IMG/VR virus record: IMGVR_UViG_3300021387_000463
Span: 267,001 to 331,000 of that record
DNA: 64,000 bases
DNA from: a virus
Taxonomy: Duplodnaviria > Heunggongvirae > Uroviricota > Caudoviricetes
Strand: one strand, 5' to 3'
The notes under the pieces are model-generated. The model worked only from the letters and a program-made list of their open reading frames with translations. It was not told the DNA's origin and made no database searches. This document shows positions 46,401-54,896 of this stretch, piece after piece. The first letter of the stretch is position 1; every line of letters begins with the position of its first letter. The position numbers were made by a program, and so were the translations under genes.

Positions 46401-48365
46401 ATTGAATATTCAAACAGAGATTTGAAGAAGTGGAACTATGGTAATCAAGAAATTACCACGCCATATTCAGTCAATGCAATTGATGGCCATTCATCAAATT
46501 ATGCAAAGGGAACATTTAACTTTGAGACAAGTTTTGCGCTGAGTGGGGCACAGCCAACGTATTTGTGGTTCCAGCATGCTGACCATTCGGCATCAATATA
46601 TGTTGATGATACACTAGTTGAAAAACATTGGGGAGGATATGCGGCATTCTTCACTGATATAAGTGAATATGTACATAGTGGCTCAAATACTGTAAAGGTT
46701 GCAATCAAGAACAATGAAGGAAACTATGTTGCACCAGCAGCAGGTGACTTCAACTTCAATGCAACACTCGGTAATGTAAGACTGTTGACAAGTCCATATC
46801 TTCCAGCTATGAACTACGGATATGATGGTTTCCATATCACTTCAACAGTGTCTGACGCAGAGGCAACTATCAATATAAAGACAAGTGTTCCAACTGGTGC
46901 TACGTTGGTTTGTAAGATTGATGATGGTAATACCAATATTTATTCTGCAACAAGTGCAAGTACTGGTGAGGAAATGACATTTACAAAGGTTATTGCAAAC
47001 CCTCATCTATGGAATGGTAAATCAGACCCATATCTATACACAGTAACACTTGAGATATATGGTGGAAACGATTTGTATCATAGGTTTGTAAGACCTTATG
47101 GATTGAGATACTATGAGTATGTAATCAATGATACTGAAAAGGTTGGTACTGATGAAAATCCGTATACTGGATTCTTGCTCAATGGTTCTCCATATCTTCT
47201 TAGAGGATGCTGTATGCATGATGATATAGAAGGAAGGGCAAATGCATTGACTGAAACCGATTATAACAATACATTTGCAACAATTCAAGAACTTGGACTT
47301 AACTTCTTACGTTTAGCTCATTATCCTCATCCGAAGGAGGTATATGACAGATGTGATGCATTAGGTATAGTTGTGCAGACTGAAGGCCCTTGTGTTAACA
47401 AGTTACAGTCAACAATGCCAGAAGACTATTATACACACTTAACTGGTCAGTATACAGATATGGTCAATCAGCATTATAATCATCCTTGTATCTTCTTCTG
47501 GGGTCTTAGCAATGAGACAACGACTGATGACAAGGCATTTGGTAAGCAGAAGGTAGAGGAATACACAGCATTAATCAAGAGACTTGATTCTGAGAGAATG
47601 GTAGGATATGTGCTTGCACAAAGTCCTGGAACAAGTCCAAGTGCATACTATAATGACCCATCCAATGTTGACTGGTTCGGATGTAACATATATGTTGGTT
47701 GGTACGACAGTCCAAATTCTAATACTCCTGTGTCACAGATTAACACACGTCTTAACAACACAATTAACAGGGTTGGAAAACCAATGGCATACTCAGAGTA
47801 TGGTTGCGGTGGTACACAACGTTGTCACTCAGATGACTTTATGAATACAACCACAAGGGGTAATCACGAAAGACACGATATTGAATATATGATGTGGCTA
47901 CATGAAGGACATATTGCGGCAATCAAGCAATATCCGCAGTTGATGTTCACATCTCAATGGCAGTTGTTCGACATTGCTGTGGCAAACAGAAATGAGGGAT
48001 ATACAGTATGCCTTGATGGTGAGAACACATCTATTGACGATGAATTGAGAAGACTCAATAACAAGGGTCTTGTTGAGAGAGACCACGTTACCAAGAAGGA
48101 TACCTTCTATCTGTACAAGGCTTGGTGGAATCAGACAGACAAATTCGTGCATATATGCCAGAAGAACTATACAAAGATGGTTGATAGGGCTATCAAGTGT
48201 TATACAAACCAAACAACTGAGTTTGCATTAAAGGTAAACGGAACAACTGTTGAAACAAAAGCTGCAACTGATAATATTCTTACGTTTACAGCACATACAT
48301 TCAGTAGTGGTGATGTAGTAACCGTTGAGAGTGGTAATATTAGTGATACATTTACTTTTGAATAA
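43440..48365 (+). CDS. Multidomain protein with C-terminal glycoside hydrolase family 2 module
   Basis: Ig-like, Thr-rich, four Fn3_assoc/CHB_HEX_C-like repeats, LP.TTL repeats, then FLLNG..Y.LRG, RLAHYPH, CDALGI, NHPCIFFWGLSNE (acid/base) and SEYG (nucleophile). Confidence 0.85.
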   Translation: MKYFRIFNYTNDYIEYMAQEGAVVPNISYCSGDSKTYITAGKPSPTCTLVIEGASEIIAETCKYNAMCGGNDVTSSAVWSIISGSDYATIDATNGKITISSTASESPVTIQAAYNGQTATKEITLTYQSGSSAETTTEVVTDESGNTTTVVTTVTENEDGSSTEVVESVVTDSEGNVIGSTEKSKETNSDGSYTSNETNYDANGNATDGTNITGDTDGNVSTQDVKYDESGNTIVTGYDIDTSGNPHGVKEFRADGVNTEYYALDVTQGFVMDIHFTIDFTNQPPNQSDNHHNIINSKRATPAPWYGFQVRQTQTNKYIQLGTQFSTGSNANTTITTTNANKYNGSSNIYEYNLHIVYNPTASTNKFTCDELIGNAFNYTSNNTFPDIEDLKYIKTTVGCALDENGDPFRFSNIDVFSFSIKKLTNVSEPVIDCDGQYITITCETVGADIHYRLNEVGVYAKYTEPIAITADTLVQAYAELEGDKSNTVSKNCLYDNGIATPVITCDGEYVSIACATTDAELYYRMNETGTYSVYTDSFEITATTVVEAYAQVGTEVGHTAKETCTYSPVVLVAPTVIFNGEEISLACETASATINYRLNQEGTYQVYTTPIVITADTLVETYSSYRGRVSSVVTQNCEYSPVHHYENDYLTFRITSAGTICWKSVGSGYAKTIEYSLNGGEWTSITAASTPPSINVAAGDVIRFKGTNTSYAGSKSNYASFGKDTSGSTDIGSTAHFVAEGNVMSLIYGDNFIGNTAMTGTYNFCSLFKRTNIESAENLVLPSTTLTEYCYRAMFSWCTELAVAPQLPATTLAKGVYWYMFEKCAITEAPELLAEHLVAECYGDMFINCASLNFIKCMAIDGFNTTNCKQNWVSGVTSSGTFVKDSGVSVDTWSRGANGIPTNWLVYDNVPVVPPTITYDGFSVITLTCDTQGADIYYRLNNSGEYSAYTTAITITADTIIQTYSELNGQESRTVSQTCQYVSDVPIEYSNRDLKKWNYGNQEITTPYSVNAIDGHSSNYAKGTFNFETSFALSGAQPTYLWFQHADHSASIYVDDTLVEKHWGGYAAFFTDISEYVHSGSNTVKVAIKNNEGNYVAPAAGDFNFNATLGNVRLLTSPYLPAMNYGYDGFHITSTVSDAEATINIKTSVPTGATLVCKIDDGNTNIYSATSASTGEEMTFTKVIANPHLWNGKSDPYLYTVTLEIYGGNDLYHRFVRPYGLRYYEYVINDTEKVGTDENPYTGFLLNGSPYLLRGCCMHDDIEGRANALTETDYNNTFATIQELGLNFLRLAHYPHPKEVYDRCDALGIVVQTEGPCVNKLQSTMPEDYYTHLTGQYTDMVNQHYNHPCIFFWGLSNETTTDDKAFGKQKVEEYTALIKRLDSERMVGYVLAQSPGTSPSAYYNDPSNVDWFGCNIYVGWYDSPNSNTPVSQINTRLNNTINRVGKPMAYSEYGCGGTQRCHSDDFMNTTTRGNHERHDIEYMMWLHEGHIAAIKQYPQLMFTSQWQLFDIAVANRNEGYTVCLDGENTSIDDELRRLNNKGLVERDHVTKKDTFYLYKAWWNQTDKFVHICQKNYTKMVDRAIKCYTNQTTEFALKVNGTTVETKAATDNILTFTAHTFSSGDVVTVESGNISDTFTFE

Positions 48366-48375
48366 AAAAATATTA

Positions 48376-48430
48376 ATGAGGGGTTGTTTAAATACAGTTC
48401 CTCATTTTTATTTCTCATCAGATATTTATA
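48376..48430 (+). repeat. Duplicated terminator plus late-promoter cassette (copy 1; copy 2 at 54802-54856)
   Basis: atgaggg(g/a)ttgtttaaatacagttcctcatttttattt..cat.agatatttat, nearly identical at both sites. Confidence 0.85.
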
Positions 48431-48537
48431 TAGTAAATGTATATATTTTAATAGATTTTTAAACAAGCTGGTATTCTTACCCTTTTATGAAATCTATATT
48501 TCTAATAATAAAAACTATTAAAAAAGAAATTAAATTT

Positions 48538-51500
48538 ATGGGCAAAAATGCTGATTTTGTCTCTCATAAGAAGAGCAAGCAAAAAAATCAAGATGGTAGT
48601 CCTAAACTACCAGTAGCATCTGCATTGGTGGAAGGTGAGATAGCCATCAACTTCGCTGAAAACGTTGAAACATTATCAATCAAGAATGAAAGCGGTGATG
48701 TCGTTACATTCTCAAGTGACAACTATTACACTGAGAAGAAACTTGGAAGCGGATTCACTGGTGAGAATAGTGGTGTAACCGTTACTGACACAATATTATG
48801 GGTTAGTGGAACAGGCGAAAATGCCATTGTGCAGAAAGGCGGTGGAAACACAGCAAGTGGAAAACTATCAGTAGCTATGGGTAGCGGCACTACAGCAAGT
48901 GGAGATTATTCTGTTACTGAAGGACGTATTACAACAGCAAGTGGCGATTACTCTCATGCTGAAGGGTATAATACAAAAGCAAATGGTATTTCTTCTCACG
49001 CTGAAGGTGCTAGTACAACAGCAAGTGGTCCTCAATCTCACGCTGAAGGAGGTAATACAAAAGCAAATGGTCAATATTCTCACGCTGAAGGAAATAGCAC
49101 AAGTGCAACTAGTCAGTCATCTCACGCTGAAGGAAATTATACAAAAGCGAATGGGCAATATTCACACGCTGAAGGAAGTGGCACAGTAGCAAGTGGTCAG
49201 TCTTCTCACGCTGAAGGAGGTAATACAAAAGCAAATGGTCAATATTCTCACGCTGAAGGACAAAGTACTAGTGCAACTAGTCAATCATCCCACGCTGAAG
49301 GTAGTGGTACAACTGCAAATGGCACTTGTTCTCACTCAGAAGGATATAATACAACTGCAAATGGTGTCTTTTCTCATGCTGAAGGTGATAATACAACAGC
49401 AAATAATCAGTCAGAGCACGCAAGTGGACAATATAACGTAAGTAACAGTGCTTCAACTACGTTTGGTGATAGTGGCAATACACTATTCAGTGTCGGTAAT
49501 GGTACTGCTAATAATGCAAGGCACAACGCTTTTGAGATTAGGCAGAATGGTGATATCTACATAACCAGTGGTAGTTCTGATATTAAGTTACAAGATTATA
49601 TTGGAAGTCCAATAGATGTTGACCAAGTATTGGATGATACGACATCCGCAAGCACAAATCCTGTATCAAGCAAGGCTGTATATAAGGCAGCGACTGATAA
49701 TGAACTTGTATGGACGAATGCATTTGTTGCAATGAGTGGTACTGTAAGTGCGCATACTGCAAATACTGAGATACACGTAACTGCTGCCGACAAGACGGCT
49801 TGGGTCAATAAGATTGGCTATGCTGAATACGATTCAAACGATAAGAAGATTAATTTCTATAAGAATGATACAGATACCGCAACATCGATTTGTTATATTG
49901 ATGCAACCGATTTCATCAAGGATGGCATGGTACAGAATGTTGAAATAAAGGATGTAACAAGTGGTGGAAGTCAAGTTACTTGCCTTGTAATATCATTCAA
50001 TACAGATGCTGGAAAGCAAGATATAAACGTGCCTATAAGTGACATATTTGATGCTTCAAATTATTATACAAAATCTCAGACAAGCGGTGCAACAGAAATA
50101 TCAAATGCATTGAATGGCCTCGATGCAAGGAAACTTGATGCAAGTGCATATACACCAAGCGTTGAACTTTGGGTAAGAGGAACAGGATTGAACTCTGTTG
50201 TTCTTAAGGGTTCAAGTAGCACAGCAAGTGGTAACTTCTCTGTGGCAGAAGGCAGTCAAACACAAGCGATTGGTAACTATTCACATGCTGAAGGCTATTT
50301 TACAACTGCACGTGGTAGCGATTCTCATGCTGAAGGATGTAATACAAAAGCAAATGGCTATGCATCTCACGCTGAAGGTAGTGGTACAACAGCAAGTGGT
50401 GAACGTTCTCACGCTGAAGGATATAATACAAAGGCAAGTGGTTATTATTCTCACGCAGAAGGATATGATACAACTGCAAGTAATTATTCTCACGCAGAAG
50501 GATATAATACAAAGGCAAGTGGTGATTATTCTCATGCTGAAGGATATGGTACAACAGCAAGTGGTGAACGTTCTCACGCTGAAGGAAGAAGTACAAGTGC
50601 AACATCATATCAAGCACACGCAGAAGGATATTATACAAAAGCAAATGGCTATGCATCTCACGCTGAAGGTAGTGGTACAACAGCAAGTGGCATTTATTCT
50701 CACGCTGAAGGAAATAATACAACAGCAAATAATCAGTCAGAGCACGCAAGTGGACAATATAACGTAAGTAACAGTGCTTCAACTACGTTTGGTGATAGCG
50801 GTAACACATTATTCTCAGTTGGTAACGGTACATCAAGCTCAGCACGTCACAATGCGTTTGAGATTAGGCAGAATGGAGATATTTATATAACTAGTGGTAG
50901 TTCTGATATTAAGTTGCAGGATTACATTGGAGGAAGTGTAGAGACGGTAACAGCAATCACTCCTTCAAATAGTGGTTCAACAAGCCCAATTGCAACGAAG
51001 GTTGTTGCTGAGAATGAATTGGCAGTATCTGCTGCATTGAATGACCTCGATGCAAGGAAGCTTGATGCAAGTGCATATACGCCAACAGATTTAAGCAATT
51101 ATTATACAAAATCTCAGACAAGCGGTGCAACAGAAATATCAAATGCATTGAATGGCCTCGATACAAGGAAACTTGATGTATCGGCATATACACCAAGCGT
51201 TGAACTTTGGGTAAGCGGAACAGGTTTAAACTCTGTTGTGGTTAAGGGTTCAAGTGGTACTGCAAGTGGAAACTACTCTGTGGCAGAAGGATTTAAAACA
51301 ATAGCAAGTGGTGAATCTTCTCACGCTGAAGGATATGGTACAAAAGCAAGTTTTTATTACAGCCACGCTGAAGGTAGTGGTACAACAGCAAGTAACAATT
51401 CTAGCCACGCTGAAGGAAGTAATACAAAAGCAATGGGTGAGTCTTCTCACGCAGAAGGACATTATACAGAAGCACATAACAGTTCTAGCCACGCTGAAGG

Positions 51501-51903
51501 AGACCATACAACAGCAAATGGTCCTTATTCTCACGCAGAAGGTTCTTATACAAAAGCAAATGGTTCATATTCACACGCAGAAGGTGGTAATACAATAACA
51601 AATAATCAGTCAGAGCACGCAAGTGGTAGATATAATGTAAGTTCTAAGGCTAGCAATACTTTTGGCAACAGTGGAAATACTTTATTTAGTGTTGGCAATG
51701 GTACTGATAATAATGCAAGGCACAACGCTTTTGAAATACGTCAGAATGGTGATATCTACATAACAAGTGGTGGTACGACATCAAGTGAAAGTATTAAGTT
51801 ACAAGACAGCATTGGAAGTAAGGCTGATAAGTCAACCACATATACAAAGTCTGAAATCGATGATATGATTGGTGACATTGAAACATTATTGGCTGCAATA
51901 TAA
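48538..51903 (+). CDS. YadA-head (Hep/Hag)-like repeat fibre with Mtd-like N-terminus (start revised to MGKNAD)
   Basis: LP...L.EGEIAIN....L.IKN N-terminus; three blocks of 14-aa SHAEG..T.A.G repeats, each closed by LFSVGNGT...RHNAFEIRQNGDIYI. Confidence 0.85.
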   Translation: MGKNADFVSHKKSKQKNQDGSPKLPVASALVEGEIAINFAENVETLSIKNESGDVVTFSSDNYYTEKKLGSGFTGENSGVTVTDTILWVSGTGENAIVQKGGGNTASGKLSVAMGSGTTASGDYSVTEGRITTASGDYSHAEGYNTKANGISSHAEGASTTASGPQSHAEGGNTKANGQYSHAEGNSTSATSQSSHAEGNYTKANGQYSHAEGSGTVASGQSSHAEGGNTKANGQYSHAEGQSTSATSQSSHAEGSGTTANGTCSHSEGYNTTANGVFSHAEGDNTTANNQSEHASGQYNVSNSASTTFGDSGNTLFSVGNGTANNARHNAFEIRQNGDIYITSGSSDIKLQDYIGSPIDVDQVLDDTTSASTNPVSSKAVYKAATDNELVWTNAFVAMSGTVSAHTANTEIHVTAADKTAWVNKIGYAEYDSNDKKINFYKNDTDTATSICYIDATDFIKDGMVQNVEIKDVTSGGSQVTCLVISFNTDAGKQDINVPISDIFDASNYYTKSQTSGATEISNALNGLDARKLDASAYTPSVELWVRGTGLNSVVLKGSSSTASGNFSVAEGSQTQAIGNYSHAEGYFTTARGSDSHAEGCNTKANGYASHAEGSGTTASGERSHAEGYNTKASGYYSHAEGYDTTASNYSHAEGYNTKASGDYSHAEGYGTTASGERSHAEGRSTSATSYQAHAEGYYTKANGYASHAEGSGTTASGIYSHAEGNNTTANNQSEHASGQYNVSNSASTTFGDSGNTLFSVGNGTSSSARHNAFEIRQNGDIYITSGSSDIKLQDYIGGSVETVTAITPSNSGSTSPIATKVVAENELAVSAALNDLDARKLDASAYTPTDLSNYYTKSQTSGATEISNALNGLDTRKLDVSAYTPSVELWVSGTGLNSVVVKGSSGTASGNYSVAEGFKTIASGESSHAEGYGTKASFYYSHAEGSGTTASNNSSHAEGSNTKAMGESSHAEGHYTEAHNSSSHAEGDHTTANGPYSHAEGSYTKANGSYSHAEGGNTITNNQSEHASGRYNVSSKASNTFGNSGNTLFSVGNGTDNNARHNAFEIRQNGDIYITSGGTTSSESIKLQDSIGSKADKSTTYTKSEIDDMIGDIETLLAAI
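48900..51600 (+). repeat. Coding 42-bp tandem repeats (tctcacgctgaagg core) in three blocks, plus longer block duplications
   Basis: Recurrent tctca(c/t)gc(t/a)gaagg; about 49393-49600 resembles 50719-50930, and about 50060-50200 resembles 51098-51240. Confidence 0.85.
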
Positions 51904-51911
51904 TAAGTAAT

Positions 51912-52061
51912 ATGTGTATAATAAAGTATATTAAGAAATTATTGAAATGTGATTGTGTATCCGTTTCAGAATTCGAATCAAATAAAGATAAGATTTCGGC
52001 AGCATTGAAAGACTTAAATGATAGAATCGGTGCTGCTGAAATAAAACTAAAAGGCTTATAA
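51912..52061 (+). CDS. Small coiled-coil protein (49 aa), not in ORF track
   Basis: MCIIKYIKKLLKCDCVSVSEFESNKDKISAALKDLNDRIGAAEIKLKGL; SAAL.DL motif as in neighbouring fibres. Confidence 0.55.
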   Translation: MCIIKYIKKLLKCDCVSVSEFESNKDKISAALKDLNDRIGAAEIKLKGL

Positions 52062-52081
52062 ATTCTAAAATATAATATATT

Positions 52082-52756
52082 ATGAGTATAGCAAGTGAAA
52101 TATCAAGATTACAAACAGCAAAGGCTGATATAAAAACTGCACTTGAAAATAAAGGAATAACTGTACCAAGTAGTACCAAGATAGATGGATATGCACAATT
52201 GATTAACGGTATACCCACAGCAGACCCTATGATTGATAACCACTATTATCGTGACCTTGGACTTCCAAGTGGCACAAAGTGGGCTACAATGAACGTTGGT
52301 GCTTCATCAGAAACGGATTATGGTAACTTCTATCAATATGGTAAGGGTGCTGACCAATATGCTGCAACAAGTGGACAATCTGATTATAGTGGTACTGAAA
52401 ACCCATTGGCGACAAGTGCTGATACAGCAGCTCAAGTATGGGGTGGTAATTGGCATATGCCAACAAAGGCTCAGTTTGAGGAATTGACCGCAAATACCAC
52501 TTACACTTGGACTACCGTTAATGGAACTAATGGCGGTTTGTTTACCTCTAACATCAACGGCAACTCTATCTATTTTCCTGCCGCTGGTATCTGGTTCGGT
52601 GGTAGTCACTACGATGAGGGTTCGTACGGCTATGTTTGGAGTTCATCGCCTGATGCTAGTCGCCTCGCCTTCAGCTTGCACTTCCGCAGTGGAGACAAGG
52701 GCGTGTACAACGACAGCCGTGAGTGCGGCTTCTCGGTGCGCCCTGTGCTTGGTTGA
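52082..52756 (+). CDS. Virion protein with Bacteroidales DLGLPSG/CLec-type C-terminal domain; putative DGR target
   Basis: MSIASEISRLQTAKADIK.A.E.KG.TVP N-terminus; DLGLPSGTKWA.MNVGA, WGGNWHMPT, YFPAAG, WSSS...GFSVRPV. Confidence 0.8.
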   Translation: MSIASEISRLQTAKADIKTALENKGITVPSSTKIDGYAQLINGIPTADPMIDNHYYRDLGLPSGTKWATMNVGASSETDYGNFYQYGKGADQYAATSGQSDYSGTENPLATSADTAAQVWGGNWHMPTKAQFEELTANTTYTWTTVNGTNGGLFTSNINGNSIYFPAAGIWFGGSHYDEGSYGYVWSSSPDASRLAFSLHFRSGDKGVYNDSRECGFSVRPVLG

Positions 52757-52796
52757 CGAGCCAAACTGACGTTTGCTTCAACACAGCTAACGCTGT
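52589..52796 (+). other. Putative DGR variable region with downstream hairpins
   Basis: ~57% GC by hand count; 24 of 55 sense codons end in C; hairpins at 52762-52775 and 52783-52796. Confidence 0.6.
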
Positions 52797-52936
52797 ATGG
52801 TAATTCATCTTAATAAAGCCAAAACAGGATTAAATTATAAAAAAAGTTTGCCCTAGGCTTGTGCTTGGGGCAAATTTTTATGTTATATAAAATATTTATA
52901 TATTAGATAATAAGACAAATTAAATATTTAAAAAAT

Positions 52937-54757
52937 ATGGCAGTAAAAAATCTTTATTCATTGGGACTATTACGTAACGGTAAGGTGTACCCAAGCAAGC
53001 AACTTGCTTATCAAGCTTTTGAGCAAGGTACAAATGACGGTGTTGCAAAGTTGGCACGTTATCTTGACGCAAGTCTTGGTGGAGACCCAATCATCAGAAC
53101 GTTGGTTGGCTTCTACGCAAATGCTGAAGAAATGGCAGATAATGGTGGTGGGCAGTCACATTATACCATTCTTGATATCGAAGGCAGTGCAGGAGAGATA
53201 GAGGAACTTAAGAAAGCGGTTGCTAAAATTAATGAGACAATCGGTGATGGTATTAGCGGCACTACTCTTACAGACGCAATCAACGACATCAATGACAGAA
53301 TCGGTAGCGGTTTCTCTGAGCATTTTACAGTAGCAGACGCATTGGTTGCACTTGCTGAAGAGTTATCTGATGCATTAACAGTTTCTCTTGATGTTGCAGG
53401 AGAGCCTACAAGCGGTTTTCTTAAGACTTATATCCTTTCACAAGGTACAGGTACAGGAAAGACTGAAATAGGAAGAATCGACATTCCAAAGGACTTGGTG
53501 GTAACAGAAGGTAAGTTAGTACATGGTTATTGGAGTGGCGATACATTTGCAGAGGATGAGGAAGGACCTGACACGGCTATCAAACTTGTGATTGCAAACC
53601 AAGAAGAGCCTGTATATATCAATACTAAAGACCTTGTTGATTACTATACAGCAGGTAATGGTATTGATATTGATAACACCCACAATACAATTTCAATCAA
53701 GTACAATACTCACAGTGAGGAATTCCTTGTTGTAGATGAGGATGGTATCAGAGTTGAGGGCATACAGGCAGCAATCGACAAGAAGGCTGACGAAGAGAGA
53801 CTTGAGGCAAGTGATGGCATTTCAATCGCTTCAAACAAGGTTAAGGCTGTTGCAGCAGGATATTCAGCTCCAGCAATCAAGAACCCAATTACCGTTGACA
53901 AGGACGGCATTAAGTTCGCAAATGTGTTGGATTGTGGATTCTTCGATGACGAGACAAAGGTTGCAGCAACAGCAGAGGAAATCAATGCAATCACAGACCC
54001 ACAGAATACTGACGTGTTCATCAGTGGAAATGAGGCATTGAACGCACTTGCAGCAAAGAAGACATTCAAGAACCTTGAAATTGCAAACGTTGAGGCAGCA
54101 CAGCAAGTTAACCTTGCAGCGGTTGAGTCAATAGCACTTGATGGTGTTGAGGTAACTGGTGACAAGGGTTCTTCAAACGGATATTTCTTGGTAGATGCTC
54201 CAAAGGTTGATGTTTCAAACATCACTATTGCAGATGGTGCAAAGCCATATAACGTATTTGAGGAAGTTGGTGCTGGTACTGATTCATTTAACGCTTCAAA
54301 CGTGAAGGTTAATGACGTTGCACTTAAGCACAATGTATTTAACATCTACAGGCCAAATAACGATGCTGTAATCAACATTTCAGACGTTAATCTTAACTTG
54401 AATGTTAACAACTCAAACGCATTGAGACTTGCAAACTACAAGAACGCTACTGGTGTTACAGTTAACTTCGAGAATGTTTCTTGGACATATGAGAACACAC
54501 CAAATATCGAGTCAGCAGACTTCGGATGGGCAGGTTTGATTATCTATCAGCCAGCCACTACTGACGTTGCACTTGGTGGTGACTTGTCAAAGGTTCAGAC
54601 TTGGACATTCAACTTCAAGAACTGTAAGTACAATGGCGTTAAGGTAACTGAGAACAACTTCGGTAAGAAGAACCAAGTATTCTACCTTTATAACATTAAC
54701 AAAACTGGTGCAATCACAGACCCTGTTGAAAATGGTTTGGTATTGAACTTTGCATAA
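52937..54757 (+). CDS. Fibre/virion protein (paralog of 41456) with C-terminal beta-helix-like domain
   Basis: LLRNG, LARY, RIDIPKD, YTAGNGIDI, LDCGFF, followed by Asn/Val-rich beta repeats. Confidence 0.65.
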   Translation: MAVKNLYSLGLLRNGKVYPSKQLAYQAFEQGTNDGVAKLARYLDASLGGDPIIRTLVGFYANAEEMADNGGGQSHYTILDIEGSAGEIEELKKAVAKINETIGDGISGTTLTDAINDINDRIGSGFSEHFTVADALVALAEELSDALTVSLDVAGEPTSGFLKTYILSQGTGTGKTEIGRIDIPKDLVVTEGKLVHGYWSGDTFAEDEEGPDTAIKLVIANQEEPVYINTKDLVDYYTAGNGIDIDNTHNTISIKYNTHSEEFLVVDEDGIRVEGIQAAIDKKADEERLEASDGISIASNKVKAVAAGYSAPAIKNPITVDKDGIKFANVLDCGFFDDETKVAATAEEINAITDPQNTDVFISGNEALNALAAKKTFKNLEIANVEAAQQVNLAAVESIALDGVEVTGDKGSSNGYFLVDAPKVDVSNITIADGAKPYNVFEEVGAGTDSFNASNVKVNDVALKHNVFNIYRPNNDAVINISDVNLNLNVNNSNALRLANYKNATGVTVNFENVSWTYENTPNIESADFGWAGLIIYQPATTDVALGGDLSKVQTWTFNFKNCKYNGVKVTENNFGKKNQVFYLYNINKTGAITDPVENGLVLNFA

Positions 54758-54896
54758 GTTTTGTTGATACAAAATAACGTTCTTACATAATCATACAAAA
54801 GATGAGGGATTGTTTAAATACAGTTCCTCATTTTTATTTTACATAAGATATTTATTACTATATAAGAATAATAAGTTTAATAACAATATAACAATT

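Noticed and set aside
48900-51600. 42-bp periodic repeats as a CRISPR array
   Set aside because: They are in-frame coding repeats (SHAEG), degenerate at third positions, with no unique spacers and no cas genes.
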